A stretch of 64,000 nucleotides of DNA from Candidatus Woesearchaeota archaeon (GTDB lineage: Archaea; Nanobdellota; Nanobdellia; Pacearchaeales; GW2011-AR1): the NCBI GenBank assembly GCA_964366325.1, contig CAYITD010000001.1:119634-183633 (forward strand), written 5' to 3'. The first letter of the stretch is position 1. Every line of letters begins with the position of its first letter. The notes under the pieces are model-generated. The model saw nothing but the letters and a program-made list of their open reading frames with translations, was not told where the DNA came from and made no database searches. This document shows, piece after piece, positions 26,369 to 36,095 of the stretch. The position numbers and the translations under genes are program-made.

Positions 26369-29182
26369 TTAAACTTTTTCAAATTCAACAGCAAACTTTT
26401 TATCTTTTATCATAAATCCTTCTTTGTTTCCTAGAGATAATATTTCAATCTTTTTTGCGTTAGTTCTACTCTTCAAGAAATCAAATTGCTGTTTAAGCAT
26501 ATTTTCCTCTTCTTTATCCATAAATATCTTTAATTCTATGAAATCCTTTTTCTCAAGCCCTGCTTTCTTCCTTTCATCTTGTATCTTTCTCGCCAGTTCA
26601 CGAGCAAAGCCTTCAGCTTCAAGTTCCAAGGTAATTTTAGTGTCAAGTTTAACTTCAATCGTGTCAGCTTTTTTAATTTCAACATTTTTCACATTCAATT
26701 GTCTTTTTATTATCTCTTTGAAGTCTTTATTTAATTCAGAGCTAGCTTTAACAATAGCCTTAGAAAGAGGCCATCTCAAACCTATCTTTTCTTTATCTCT
26801 CTCAGCCATTCCAAATTCTATTATTTTTCTTGCAAGTTCAAAATCCTGCTCAAGTTTTTCATCAATTTTTTTATTATCTTCTTTAGGCCATTCAGTTAAA
26901 TGTACAGATTCTTCCTCGACTATTTTTTTCGATTTCATATCTAGCCATATAACTTCAGTCATAAAAGGAATCATAGGAGCACACATCTTAACTAAATCAG
27001 TATACACTTTTTTTATAATGTACTTCACGGCTTCGTCGTTTTCTCCAATTCTTTCTCTAACTAACTGTATGTATCCCCTGCTGAAATCTTTTAACCAGAA
27101 ATCTTGGAGCCTTCTCATTCCTTCAAATAATCTAAGTTCCTCTATAGACTCGCTAGTCTTTTTTATCAAAGAATTTAATCTGCTTAAAATCCATTTATCT
27201 TCAAGAAGTTCAATTTTTTTAACATCAGGGCAATTTTCAACCAGTCTATTTATATTGAACAATATGTTCATATTATTCAACGGTTCTTTTAAAGCACTAA
27301 AACCAAATCTTAATTCTAAGGAAGGGTCGTGAAGGGAATAAAGTAATCTCATTGGGTCAGCGCCAAACTTTTCAGCAGCAATATCAAAAGGTATAGCGTT
27401 GCCTTTACTTTTATGCATTTCCTCTCCCTTTTCGTCTTTCAAAGTTTCATATCCCAAAAGTGCTTTAAAGGGAGCTTTTCCAGTCAAAGTTACAGACGAC
27501 CAAAACAAAGAATTAAACCATCCTCTGAACTGTCCAGGTATACTTTCCGAAATTAAATCAGCAGGGAACCATTTAGACCATTCTTTCTTGTCATCAAGAT
27601 AAGGACCCACTGTAGAGAAAGGAATTATCCCAGCGTCAAGCCACGCATCTCCAACATCTTTAATTCTTTCAGATTCTTTTCCACATTTTCCACATTTTAT
27701 TTTTATTTCATCAATCCAAGGTCTATGAATTTCATGCAAAGCATCAACTTTTTTCTTGTCTATCGCTTTCTCTCTTAACTCTTTTAAGTCACCAATTACT
27801 TCCACGCATCCGCAGGAACACTCCCATATTGGCAATGGCAGTCCCCAATATCTTTTTCTAGATATAAGCCAATCACTCATATTCTTGAACCATTCTTCCT
27901 GCCTTTTCATACCATATTCAGGAACCCACTTTATTTTTTTATTTTCATCAATCAATTTTTGACGAATTTCTTCAGCCTTAACATACCATTCATCAACTAA
28001 TCTAAAAACTAGTTCTTCACCACATCTCCAACAATGAGGATATCTATGTTTTATGCTAGTTTCCTTATAGGTGAATCTTCTTTGTTCCATATCATGCAGA
28101 ACTTTTTTATTAACTTCAGAATATTTCATCAAACTAAATTCACCAAAACCCTCTTGATAACAACCCATATCGTCAAGCGGAGATATAGCTGGCAGTTTTT
28201 CCTTTTTACCTAAATCAAAATCTTCTGTTCCACATCCAGGAGCAATGTGGACTATACCCGTTCCTTCATCACCAGAAGCTAAATCCCAAAGGACAACTTT
28301 ATAAGGGTTTTCGATATTTATTTCAAAATCACCATAAGGGGAAATATATTCTACTCCCTTTAAGGATTTTCCAATCTTTTTTTCTAAAATTTTATATTTT
28401 TCATTTATCTCCTGCAATCTAGACTCAGCAAGCCAATACTTCAAGCCATCACTTTCAATTTTCACATAGTAGATATTTGGATTAACAGCTATAGCCACAT
28501 TTGCTGGAACAGTCCAAGGAGTAGTTGTAAAAACAAGGAAGTATTCATCTGGATGCTCCTTCAATGGAAGTTGCATATACAAAGCAGTGTGAGAGACTTC
28601 CTTATATCCCTCTGTAGCAATGTCATGTTTAGAGCTTGCCGTTCCGCATCTCCAACACCAAGGCACAGCATCCTTTCCCTTATACAACCACCCATTTTCA
28701 TGATACTTCTTTATTAGATGCCAATTATGAAGGTTATTTGCATCGCTCATTGTGTAATAGCTGTTTTCCCAATCCATCCATTGTCCTAGTCTTTTCGATT
28801 GTTCCTCTTGTATCTTGGAAAATTTTTCAACTCTTTTTCTGCAAGCTTGAACAAAATTAAGTATTCCGAATTTTTCAATGTCCCTTTTATTCTTCAACCC
28901 TAGATCCTTTTCCTCTTCTCTTTCAACCCATAAGCCCTGACAATCAAAACCATTTTGAAACCTTTGATCAAACCCTTGCATAGCCTTGAATCTCTGGTAC
29001 ACATCTTTGTAAGTCCTGCCCCAAGCGTGATGTACGCCCATAGGGTTATTTGCAGTTATCGGACCATCAAAAAAACTCCACTTTTTCTTTCCATAGTTTT
29101 TCTTTCGGAGTTTTTCAAATATCTTATTCTTCTCCCAAAATTCAAGGACTCTTAGTTCGTTTTCGTTCGGATTGTACATCAA
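26369..29182 (-). CDS. ileS: Isoleucyl-tRNA synthetase, IleRS2-type with non-canonical signature motifs
   Basis: DGPITANNPMGVHH, TTTPWT, GTGIVHIAPG, DWLISRKRYWG, QFRGWF, EMHKSKGN. Confidence 0.95.
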   Translation of the reverse strand: MMYNPNENELRVLEFWEKNKIFEKLRKKNYGKKKWSFFDGPITANNPMGVHHAWGRTYKDVYQRFKAMQGFDQRFQNGFDCQGLWVEREEEKDLGLKNKRDIEKFGILNFVQACRKRVEKFSKIQEEQSKRLGQWMDWENSYYTMSDANNLHNWHLIKKYHENGWLYKGKDAVPWCWRCGTASSKHDIATEGYKEVSHTALYMQLPLKEHPDEYFLVFTTTPWTVPANVAIAVNPNIYYVKIESDGLKYWLAESRLQEINEKYKILEKKIGKSLKGVEYISPYGDFEINIENPYKVVLWDLASGDEGTGIVHIAPGCGTEDFDLGKKEKLPAISPLDDMGCYQEGFGEFSLMKYSEVNKKVLHDMEQRRFTYKETSIKHRYPHCWRCGEELVFRLVDEWYVKAEEIRQKLIDENKKIKWVPEYGMKRQEEWFKNMSDWLISRKRYWGLPLPIWECSCGCVEVIGDLKELREKAIDKKKVDALHEIHRPWIDEIKIKCGKCGKESERIKDVGDAWLDAGIIPFSTVGPYLDDKKEWSKWFPADLISESIPGQFRGWFNSLFWSSVTLTGKAPFKALLGYETLKDEKGEEMHKSKGNAIPFDIAAEKFGADPMRLLYSLHDPSLELRFGFSALKEPLNNMNILFNINRLVENCPDVKKIELLEDKWILSRLNSLIKKTSESIEELRLFEGMRRLQDFWLKDFSRGYIQLVRERIGENDEAVKYIIKKVYTDLVKMCAPMIPFMTEVIWLDMKSKKIVEEESVHLTEWPKEDNKKIDEKLEQDFELARKIIEFGMAERDKEKIGLRWPLSKAIVKASSELNKDFKEIIKRQLNVKNVEIKKADTIEVKLDTKITLELEAEGFARELARKIQDERKKAGLEKKDFIELKIFMDKEEENMLKQQFDFLKSRTNAKKIEILSLGNKEGFMIKDKKFAVEFEKV

Positions 29183-29231
29183 CTCTATAAAAAATCATTA
29201 CTTTTAAATTATGTGTTCTTTTTCTTTCCAA

Positions 29232-29489
29232 CTATCTTAGCCATCTTTTATCATATCCCTTCGCCAAAGAAATTGCAGATATGATTACAATAATCACGCA
29301 AGTTAGGAAAACTTCATAATTCCTAAAGATTAATGAAATTATACCAGAAAAAAAAGATAAGACACATAATAGCTTAAACCAATTTCTTCCAGCCAACAAT
29401 TCCTCTTTGCAGAGCCAAGCAATTAGATAGCCAACAGGAATACTCAATATTATGGCTAGAAATACCAATAATAAATTAATTGTTTGCAT
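29232..29489 (-). CDS. Small membrane protein
   Basis: Three hydrophobic segments; EELLAGRNWF. Confidence 0.6.
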   Translation of the reverse strand: MQTINLLLVFLAIILSIPVGYLIAWLCKEELLAGRNWFKLLCVLSFFSGIISLIFRNYEVFLTCVIIVIISAISLAKGYDKRWLR

Positions 29490-29534
29490 AAAATAGGAGA
29501 TTTCATTTTTATATAAATTTTTGTATTTGGATAA

Positions 29535-29855
29535 TTAATCATATCTAACCAATCTATGGTCTAGCAATCTCTCGATTTCTGTCAGTAATGTTCTATCAGT
29601 TATAGCTTCTGCTTCAACACCTAGATTATGGGGCAAAATTCTATTTAGAACATATGCTCTGTCCAAAAGAGGATCTTGACCCTCAGACCATTCATCAACA
29701 AAAATGAAAAATTGTTCAGCCTCTAACAAAACGTGAACGCTTCGTCTATTAAGCTCCATATCAAAACCAAGATATTTGTTAGAATTGCCATTGCCACATG
29801 ATCTTCCTTCTTCTACATCATAATTTTCAATATTTTTCATAAGCAAAGAATCCAA
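29535..29855 (-). CDS. Hypothetical protein (start probably 29840)
   Basis: ORF only. Confidence 0.45.
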   Translation of the reverse strand: MDSLLMKNIENYDVEEGRSCGNGNSNKYLGFDMELNRRSVHVLLEAEQFFIFVDEWSEGQDPLLDRAYVLNRILPHNLGVEAEAITDRTLLTEIERLLDHRLVRYD

Positions 29856-29891
29856 AATGCATATTTAAATAGTTAACTGCTTCAAAATAAT

Positions 29892-30086
29892 ATGCCAGAA
29901 ACAAAAATGCCAAAAGAAGAAAAAATAGGGTTTCATAAAGGAGCTATACACACTTTAATAGGTGAAAGAACAGAACTTCTCAAGATGCTTCAAGCCACGG
30001 AATCTTTAATACAGGCCCACGCACAAGAGTTAGAAAAACTAGGCGTTAAACTTTATTCTGATAAAGATAAAAAGAGAATGCCTTAA
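29892..30086 (+). CDS. Small coiled-coil hypothetical protein
   Basis: IGFHKGAI...ERTEL...H..EL; TTTAAATA upstream. Confidence 0.6.
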   Translation: MPETKMPKEEKIGFHKGAIHTLIGERTELLKMLQATESLIQAHAQELEKLGVKLYSDKDKKRMP

Positions 30087-30355
30087 ACTATTTTATCAAT
30101 TTCTTTAGCTACTTCAAAATCTTTCCTTGACAAGCCTTTTTCATAATGAGTTGTCAAAGTCAATTTAACATTGTTATAGTTTATCACAATATCAGGATGA
30201 TGGTTGTGTTTCTCAGCAATTTCCCCAACTTTATTTACAAATTCAAGAGCGCCTCTAAAATTCTCCAATACAAATACCTTAGATATAGAATCGGTTTCTA
30301 TAGACCAATTGTCCAAGTTTGCTACTTCATTTTGTATTTCATTTAAGTTCATCAT
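30083..30355 (-). CDS. Pterin-4a-carbinolamine dehydratase
   Basis: AEKHNHHPDI, LTTH..GLS..D. Confidence 0.9.
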   Translation of the reverse strand: MMNLNEIQNEVANLDNWSIETDSISKVFVLENFRGALEFVNKVGEIAEKHNHHPDIVINYNNVKLTLTTHYEKGLSRKDFEVAKEIDKIV

Positions 30356-30388
30356 AAATAAATAATCTCTCCATGTTAATAAATTTTC

Positions 30389-30667
30389 TTAAAGCATAGA
30401 GCCATAGAAAACAGTCGCTAATAGACCAACTTTAATAAATTCGTATAGTCCATCTCTAGTAGGTATAGCTAAAAGTTCTCTTTTAAACTCTCTAGACCCT
30501 TCTGCACAGCTCACGTAGGCGTTATTTAACAATTGTCCAGCTTTTCCAACTTCTCCTCTCAAGCTATCCTGAATTGCGAGAGTGGCTCTCGCTAGATTAG
30601 CAGTTAAACTATTTCCATCAATTCCAGTTCCTTTAAAATAATCAGTTATTTCCATAAAAGTCCACAA
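30389..30667 (-). CDS. Hypothetical protein (start probably 30655)
   Basis: ORF with hydrophobic C-terminus. Confidence 0.45.
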   Translation of the reverse strand: MWTFMEITDYFKGTGIDGNSLTANLARATLAIQDSLRGEVGKAGQLLNNAYVSCAEGSREFKRELLAIPTRDGLYEFIKVGLLATVFYGSML

Positions 30668-30751
30668 AAAACACCTTATTTAAACCTTTCTAATGTAACT
30701 ACTTAAAGATGATTAAATAATATTATTAAATGTAGAAATGCACAGGAAGTT

Positions 30752-31108
30752 ATGCGGGATCTAGCTCCAAAAATTTATCGTCAAAGACTAGTTATAGAAG
30801 GTATTTACACAATTGAAATAACACCTCAAAGGCTTAAGGATTATCTTAAAGATTTATCCACCAAGTTGGGTTCAACTATAATATTTGGTCCAATAATAAA
30901 AAATCTAGCTGGTAAGATAAATTCTATACATGAAGGATTTGAAGGCGTCTTAATTTGGGCAGAATCTGGTGTCTCAATTTATACTTGGAAAAAGGAGAAT
31001 TTCTTCACAATAGACATCTATACCTGTAAAAAATTTAATAATCGTACAGCAGTTAAATTTACAAAAGAATTTTTTAAGACAAAAGACATAGTTTTCAAGA
31101 GTGTCTGA
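30752..31108 (+). CDS. S-adenosylmethionine decarboxylase (SpeD/SpeH)-like proenzyme
   Basis: WAESGVSIYTW (ES self-cleavage site), IDIYTCK. Confidence 0.7.
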   Translation: MRDLAPKIYRQRLVIEGIYTIEITPQRLKDYLKDLSTKLGSTIIFGPIIKNLAGKINSIHEGFEGVLIWAESGVSIYTWKKENFFTIDIYTCKKFNNRTAVKFTKEFFKTKDIVFKSV

Positions 31109-31119
31109 CTAAAAAATAA

Positions 31120-31410
31120 CTAAAAACCAAACAATCTACCAAAAAATCCCTTTTTCTCTTCAGGCATATTCGATCGAATAGCTTCATATTTTATCTCTGG
31201 CTTTGTCTTTAAAACAGGAGCCTGATTAGCAAGTTCTTGTTCAGCTCTAATAATTGATTTAGCGACTTCAAGCCTTGAATATCCTTGATTAACTAAAGCC
31301 CATCTCAAAGACTCAGTTGTGTATCCTTTTTTAAGATTACTTTTTATATAAGCCGTAAGCTGATCAACCAACCCTTTTTCTCTTAACATAGTTTTCCAAC
31401 ATTTCTCCAA
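31120..31410 (-). CDS. Hypothetical protein
   Basis: YIKSNLKKGY..SLRWALVNQGYS helical motif; KKGFFGRLF amphipathic tail. Confidence 0.6.
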   Translation of the reverse strand: MEKCWKTMLREKGLVDQLTAYIKSNLKKGYTTESLRWALVNQGYSRLEVAKSIIRAEQELANQAPVLKTKPEIKYEAIRSNMPEEKKGFFGRLFGF

Positions 31411-31485
31411 TATTTAAAATTATTGCTTCTCTAGAAGATTAAAACAAATTCAACATCTTTAAATAGGTTCTAGAAAAATAATTTC

Positions 31486-31815
31486 ATGGTAAAGATTAGA
31501 GATTACGATCCAGAAGTTTTTTATGGTTCGCCTAGAGGGAATCGTCCTGGATGTTCTGCTTTTTTAGGAGTAATAATAGGAGATCAACATTTTATTTATA
31601 ACAACGATGACGTTAAAGAAGGGGATAAAAAAGATTTATTCAGAGTTAAAATCCAAGGCAAAAGAATATGTCTTGAAGTTTTAGACAGAGTTTATTTACT
31701 TAGAGAGTACAATAGCGAAACAGGAATAGCAAAAGTAGATGCGATAACAGATAGGTCAACAATCATAAGAGTGGTTTTTGCTGGTAGAATTAAAGAAATG
31801 GAAGATCTTATTTAG
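31486..31815 (+). CDS. Hypothetical protein
   Basis: ORF with TTTAAATA upstream. Confidence 0.55.
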   Translation: MVKIRDYDPEVFYGSPRGNRPGCSAFLGVIIGDQHFIYNNDDVKEGDKKDLFRVKIQGKRICLEVLDRVYLLREYNSETGIAKVDAITDRSTIIRVVFAGRIKEMEDLI

Positions 31816-31874
31816 AATCCAAACAACTTATAAAACATGGCAATTATTATAAACCTCTTCCATTTTAACCTAAA

Positions 31875-32429
31875 GTGATAGCAAAAGAGACGACTAGAAG
31901 AGATATTGATGCAAAGATTTCAAAAATGGGCGAGTATGTGAAGATAGATTATCTATCAAGTTGTTTAAAGCAACCTCTTGATTTTGATACAAGAAAGTTT
32001 GTTTTAACGAGCCTTTCGGATTCATATATTGCGAGAGGAATGTTTTCAGATGCAGGTAAAATGATGCTCATAGCTTCAGAAATAAACACTAGCTTTCAAA
32101 ACAAATTAAATGATTACGTAAAAACTATGGATTTATTTGTTAGAGGAAACGACACAGAAAAAGTAATAAGTGTGATGGGTCGCGCTCTAGTAATTGCAAA
32201 CGATACTCAGAAAAACGAAATAAAAAATAAAGTAAAGAGTTTTTATAATCTTCAGGCAGAGCTTTTAATTAAAAAAAATAAAAGGAGACAGGCAATAACT
32301 CTCTATGAAAATTTGTTAGATTTTGAATTAAATGATTCAGAGAGAAAAGAAGTTCAAGACAAACTTCTTAACTTATATCACGCACTCGGTTTAATGAAAG
32401 AATATTATATATTAAAAAGAAAAAAATAA
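31875..32429 (+). CDS. Alpha-helical (TPR-like) hypothetical protein
   Basis: Repeated A...Y/L helical pairs. Confidence 0.6.
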   Translation: MIAKETTRRDIDAKISKMGEYVKIDYLSSCLKQPLDFDTRKFVLTSLSDSYIARGMFSDAGKMMLIASEINTSFQNKLNDYVKTMDLFVRGNDTEKVISVMGRALVIANDTQKNEIKNKVKSFYNLQAELLIKKNKRRQAITLYENLLDFELNDSERKEVQDKLLNLYHALGLMKEYYILKRKK

Positions 32430-32433
32430 AAAA

Positions 32434-32553
32434 TTAATCTTCTGATGTTGAGGTCAAACCATCAAACAGGTCTTCATCAACATTCATCTCTTCAGGATCC
32501 GACTCCGAGCCAGACTCTGAATTTTTATTCTCAAGCACCTCTTTTGCTTTCAT
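32434..32553 (-). CDS. Possible 39-aa acidic peptide (not in ORF track)
   Basis: Manual translation MKAKEVLENKNSESGSESDPEEMNVDEDLFDGLTSTSED; TTTATATA about 28 nt upstream on the minus strand. Confidence 0.35.
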   Translation of the reverse strand: MKAKEVLENKNSESGSESDPEEMNVDEDLFDGLTSTSED

Positions 32554-32668
32554 TTTGACTGATTTGATTTTAGAATTTAAATATATAAACTTTATTATTT
32601 TTCAGGACATGGTAATATTGTTAAAAAATAAACAATAGGTTTAAAAAACCACTTTTCATGTTTAAACA

Positions 32669-32806
32669 ATGGCTCAATACAAATGCTTTGATTGCGAAAA
32701 ACCAATAACCTCTAAAGTTTTAGAGAAGAGATTTGTTTGTCCAAATTGCGGCTCAAGAATTTTTTATAAGCCTAGAAGCAAAATGGTAAAGCTCAAGGCT
32801 GTTTAA
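32669..32806 (+). CDS. rpoP: RNA polymerase subunit P (Rpo12), 45 aa (not in ORF track)
   Basis: MAQYKCFDC...VCPNCGSRIFYKPR...KAV; directly upstream of prefoldin beta, a known archaeal synteny. Confidence 0.92.
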   Translation: MAQYKCFDCEKPITSKVLEKRFVCPNCGSRIFYKPRSKMVKLKAV

Positions 32807-32810
32807 CTAC

Positions 32811-33167
32811 ATGGAATTTGAAGAAGAGACAAAGAAAAAAGTAGAGGAGTTGCAATTATTAGAAAATTATCTTCAAAACTTTTTGATGCAAAGACAATCT
32901 TTTAATCTAGAACTAGGTGAATTAAACAATGCATTAGCAGAACTAAAAATTTCAGATGATGAAGTGTACAAAATTTCCTCAGGTGTCATGTTTAAATCTA
33001 CAAAACAAAAAATTTTTACTGAATTAGAAGAAAAAAAGAAAGTTTTAGAGTTGAAAATACAGTCAGTAGAGAAACAGGAAAAACTTTTGGAGAAGAATTC
33101 TTCGGAATTAAGAGAAGAGATAGGAAAGATAATTTCTTCAGATACCAATAAGACACATAGAAAGTAG
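32811..33167 (+). CDS. pfdB: Prefoldin beta subunit
   Basis: Coiled coil / VYKISSGVMFK beta-hairpin / coiled coil. Confidence 0.88.
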   Translation: MEFEEETKKKVEELQLLENYLQNFLMQRQSFNLELGELNNALAELKISDDEVYKISSGVMFKSTKQKIFTELEEKKKVLELKIQSVEKQEKLLEKNSSELREEIGKIISSDTNKTHRK

Positions 33168-33207
33168 AATAATAATATTTATATAGTACACAATTATACA
33201 GTCTCTT

Positions 33208-33588
33208 ATGGCTTTTAGTTTCAAGAGGTTGATGGGAAAAGAATCTTCAGGTGATGAATATTTAGAGATAGATGTTGACTCTGCAAAGCCAAAAGAGAAA
33301 AAAGTTCTTGTTAAGACATTTGTCTTGAGAAGCTTTGAAAACATGGACGAAATCTTAAATTCTCTAAGAGAAGGGTACACTATTGCAGTTATAGACATAA
33401 AACCTCTAAAGTCTAAGGATATTGTAGAATTGAAAAGAGCAGTCTCAAAGATAAAGAAGACCGTGGATGCTTTAGAAGGCACAATAGCGGGCTTTGGAGA
33501 TAACGTAATTATAGCAGCCCCAGAATTTGCACATATTCACCGCCCAACATTGGAAAAGGAAAAGAAAGTTGATTTTATAGGCAATTAG
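33208..33588 (+). CDS. sepF: Cell division protein SepF
   Basis: EYLEID, LREGYTIAVIDIKPL, ELKRAVSKIK, GTIAG. Confidence 0.85.
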   Translation: MAFSFKRLMGKESSGDEYLEIDVDSAKPKEKKVLVKTFVLRSFENMDEILNSLREGYTIAVIDIKPLKSKDIVELKRAVSKIKKTVDALEGTIAGFGDNVIIAAPEFAHIHRPTLEKEKKVDFIGN

Positions 33589-33648
33589 GCCCATCGTTCT
33601 AGAGTTTAATCACATTAAATTTAAAAATAAACATGTCCGAGATTTCTT

Positions 33649-33822
33649 GTGAAATGCAAGTGTGGTAACGACATAGACATCCGAGTTGGTTCAAAACTCA
33701 TCGCAAAGGGTTGTAAAATTCTAACTGCTATAACTGTCATTGTTACAGCCCAATGCCAAAAATGTGGAGAAATGTTCCAAGTTCCCATAAAGAACAGCAG
33801 TTCAGTATCAAAAACGGAATAA
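33649..33822 (+). CDS. 57-aa Zn-ribbon protein (GTG start or 5' frameshift; not in ORF track)
   Basis: VKCKCGNDIDI...AQCQKCGEMFQVP. Confidence 0.55.
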   Translation: MKCKCGNDIDIRVGSKLIAKGCKILTAITVIVTAQCQKCGEMFQVPIKNSSSVSKTE

Positions 33823-33843
33823 AAACTTAAAATGCAGATTGAG

Positions 33844-34416
33844 TTAATGAGCTAAATATTCTTCTCTTCCAATTCTTTTTGAATGTCTTAATAAAAAACC
33901 AACTTCCTTTTCATAAGTTGTATTTTTTTCTTCCCAATCATATATTTGCTGCATATCTTTAGAGTCAGGGATTATCAAAATAGGCCGAGTTGCAGCAAAA
34001 AGGATCCCCTCAGGATTTTCATCGTCATATGTTTGAAATTTACCTAATAGCGAAAATGGCTCTTGACATTCCATCATCATTTTCACTAAATCTTTATTTG
34101 CTCTTAAATTTCTGCTTAAAGCATCCGAAGAGTAGAAACCTAAAGCGGAGGCAATAGATCCGCCTGCTTTTTTCCACAAAAGAGGTTGATAATTTTGTGC
34201 ATTTTTATTCCTCAATATCCTTCTTAATGAAAGGCTGTAATAAAAACCATTTTCTTCTACACGTTGCTGTCTATCTGGTAAGGCTTCATGAAATCTTGAA
34301 GATTCCGAAACATCAGTAGAAAGCAGTATATCTAAGAATAATTGATTATTTGGTCTCACAATGGATCTATGCTTTCCTAATTCATCCAGTAATTTCTTAG
34401 CAATTTCTTCATCCAT
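33844..34416 (-). CDS. Hypothetical protein
   Basis: 190-aa ORF with TTTATAA upstream on the minus strand. Confidence 0.6.
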   Translation of the reverse strand: MDEEIAKKLLDELGKHRSIVRPNNQLFLDILLSTDVSESSRFHEALPDRQQRVEENGFYYSLSLRRILRNKNAQNYQPLLWKKAGGSIASALGFYSSDALSRNLRANKDLVKMMMECQEPFSLLGKFQTYDDENPEGILFAATRPILIIPDSKDMQQIYDWEEKNTTYEKEVGFLLRHSKRIGREEYLAH

Positions 34417-34536
34417 GTTATAAAACAGCTAAATACCAACTTATAAACATTTCACTAATTGATTACATGTTTCACTTTCTTTCAATTTTATAGATAATAC
34501 CTAAATAAATTTAAAACAAAATCTCCATCTCTCAAA

Positions 34537-34932
34537 ATGTTATACACAAAATCAATTTTAAAAGAAGTATCACAAGAAGACGGTTTAAGGATTTCTGTGA
34601 TGAGCAGGCATACTTTGCCTAATGGGATTACACCAGATCTTAGAATTACTTCAGACTCCTTTCACGAGCACTTGCAAGCGTTGGCTCCACCTCCAGAACT
34701 AGTTGGAGATTATTACAAAAGAGATCTGACTTGGGGAGTTTATGAGACTAGGTACAATGAATATCTAAGAAAACCAGAAGTTTCTAGAGAAGTAGAGAAA
34801 TTAGCCAAAAGAGCCACAGAGCAAGACATAACTCTTCTCTGCATAGAAGACACTCCAGAAAGATGTCACAGAAGGCTCCTAGCGGAGGCGTGCCAAAGAT
34901 ATCAGCCGGAGTTGGAAGTAGTTCATAGATAA
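34537..34932 (+). CDS. DUF488/YeaO-family protein
   Basis: DGLRISVM, LAPPPEL, ITLLCIE...CHRRLL. Confidence 0.85.
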   Translation: MLYTKSILKEVSQEDGLRISVMSRHTLPNGITPDLRITSDSFHEHLQALAPPPELVGDYYKRDLTWGVYETRYNEYLRKPEVSREVEKLAKRATEQDITLLCIEDTPERCHRRLLAEACQRYQPELEVVHR

Positions 34933-35009
34933 GCGCTCACCACTGTATAACCTCCTTCAAAAGCATTAGAAGTTAGCATACAAAGGCCTATCCTTTAAAT
35001 TTTGAGGCT

Positions 35010-35540
35010 TTATCTAAATAATTCTGGTTTTACAAACCTTTGAAGGTAGGTACCAAAAAGACTCGAAGACTCATCGGGGGATGGAGGCCCATTTTTTTGT
35101 AATGAGCATATATTTGCTAGATCTTCTCTTATTCTATATAATATTCCAACTTTGTAATATCTACCTTCTTCTAGTTCTTCTGGTCTTGCTAATATGACTG
35201 GAGAAATTATTCCCAAATTAGTGTCTCTCAGTCTTTTTCTTTCACATGGAGTAACTGTTAATTCATCTGTAAAATCTTGTATTTTGTGACCTACCAAATC
35301 ATTCTCTCCATCATAAATATTAGTTATATTAGTGTTGTGCAGATAGACGATAGCATGTTTTCCATCTACTAGAAAACCGCTGAATGGACTTAATTTTTTC
35401 CAAGAAGAGGGCAGAGGTATATCGGCTCGAGAAGCAATAAAATCATGAACCGTTATAGCAAGATACATATCAGGGATTAATCTACCCACTAAACCTAATC
35501 TTACATTGACATTTCTCATAAAATTTTCAATTGTATTCAA
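35010..35540 (-). CDS. Hypothetical protein
   Basis: ORF only. Confidence 0.5.
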   Translation of the reverse strand: MNTIENFMRNVNVRLGLVGRLIPDMYLAITVHDFIASRADIPLPSSWKKLSPFSGFLVDGKHAIVYLHNTNITNIYDGENDLVGHKIQDFTDELTVTPCERKRLRDTNLGIISPVILARPEELEEGRYYKVGILYRIREDLANICSLQKNGPPSPDESSSLFGTYLQRFVKPELFR

Positions 35541-35584
35541 TTATTAAAATTATGTATTTTCAATTTCCTATATACAATATAGCT

Positions 35585-35953
35585 TCACCTCTTAGCCAAA
35601 GCAAACACAGTCTTCAATGCAACAATTATTGTAGCAGGTACAAAAAGAACAAGAAAGGCCCCTAAAATGGACGAAACAATTTTTCCTATGGCTACTCCTC
35701 TTATGGCAGCATCAAGAAAAAGGCCTTGAATCCCTGCAAAGCTTACAATCACTAAAGAAACAGAGGCCAAGAGAAAAGTCTGAACTTCTTTCTCAGATAC
35801 AAAATATCCAACAACTAATCCAAGTACTGCCATAATGCCCAATATCAAAGGATTAGTTCTGTTTCCAGCAAAGATGCCCACTAAGACCGCAAGAACCATT
35901 CCCATTAGAAAAGCCCAAGCACCTATAAGATTCTCTCTATATTTAATTGGCAT
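35585..35953 (-). CDS. Four-TM membrane protein
   Basis: IGAWAF, EKEVQTFL, FVPATIIVALK. Confidence 0.7.
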   Translation of the reverse strand: MPIKYRENLIGAWAFLMGMVLAVLVGIFAGNRTNPLILGIMAVLGLVVGYFVSEKEVQTFLLASVSLVIVSFAGIQGLFLDAAIRGVAIGKIVSSILGAFLVLFVPATIIVALKTVFALAKR

Positions 35954-36095
35954 TTAACCTCTATTATCCATTAGCATAAAGTTTATTTAAACTTTCTCTA
36001 TCCTAGAGCACATATATGTTTAAATCTAAACAATCTATCTTCTAGAGAATAGAAATATTTAAATACCATATATGTAACTATAAAATTACAACAAA

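Noticed and set aside
26424..27332. 302-aa + strand ORF and the many other antisense ORFs (e.g. 1675-2163, 36683-37096, 51514-51903)
   Set aside because: They lie opposite well-supported genes and have the S/F/L-rich composition typical of antisense shadows.
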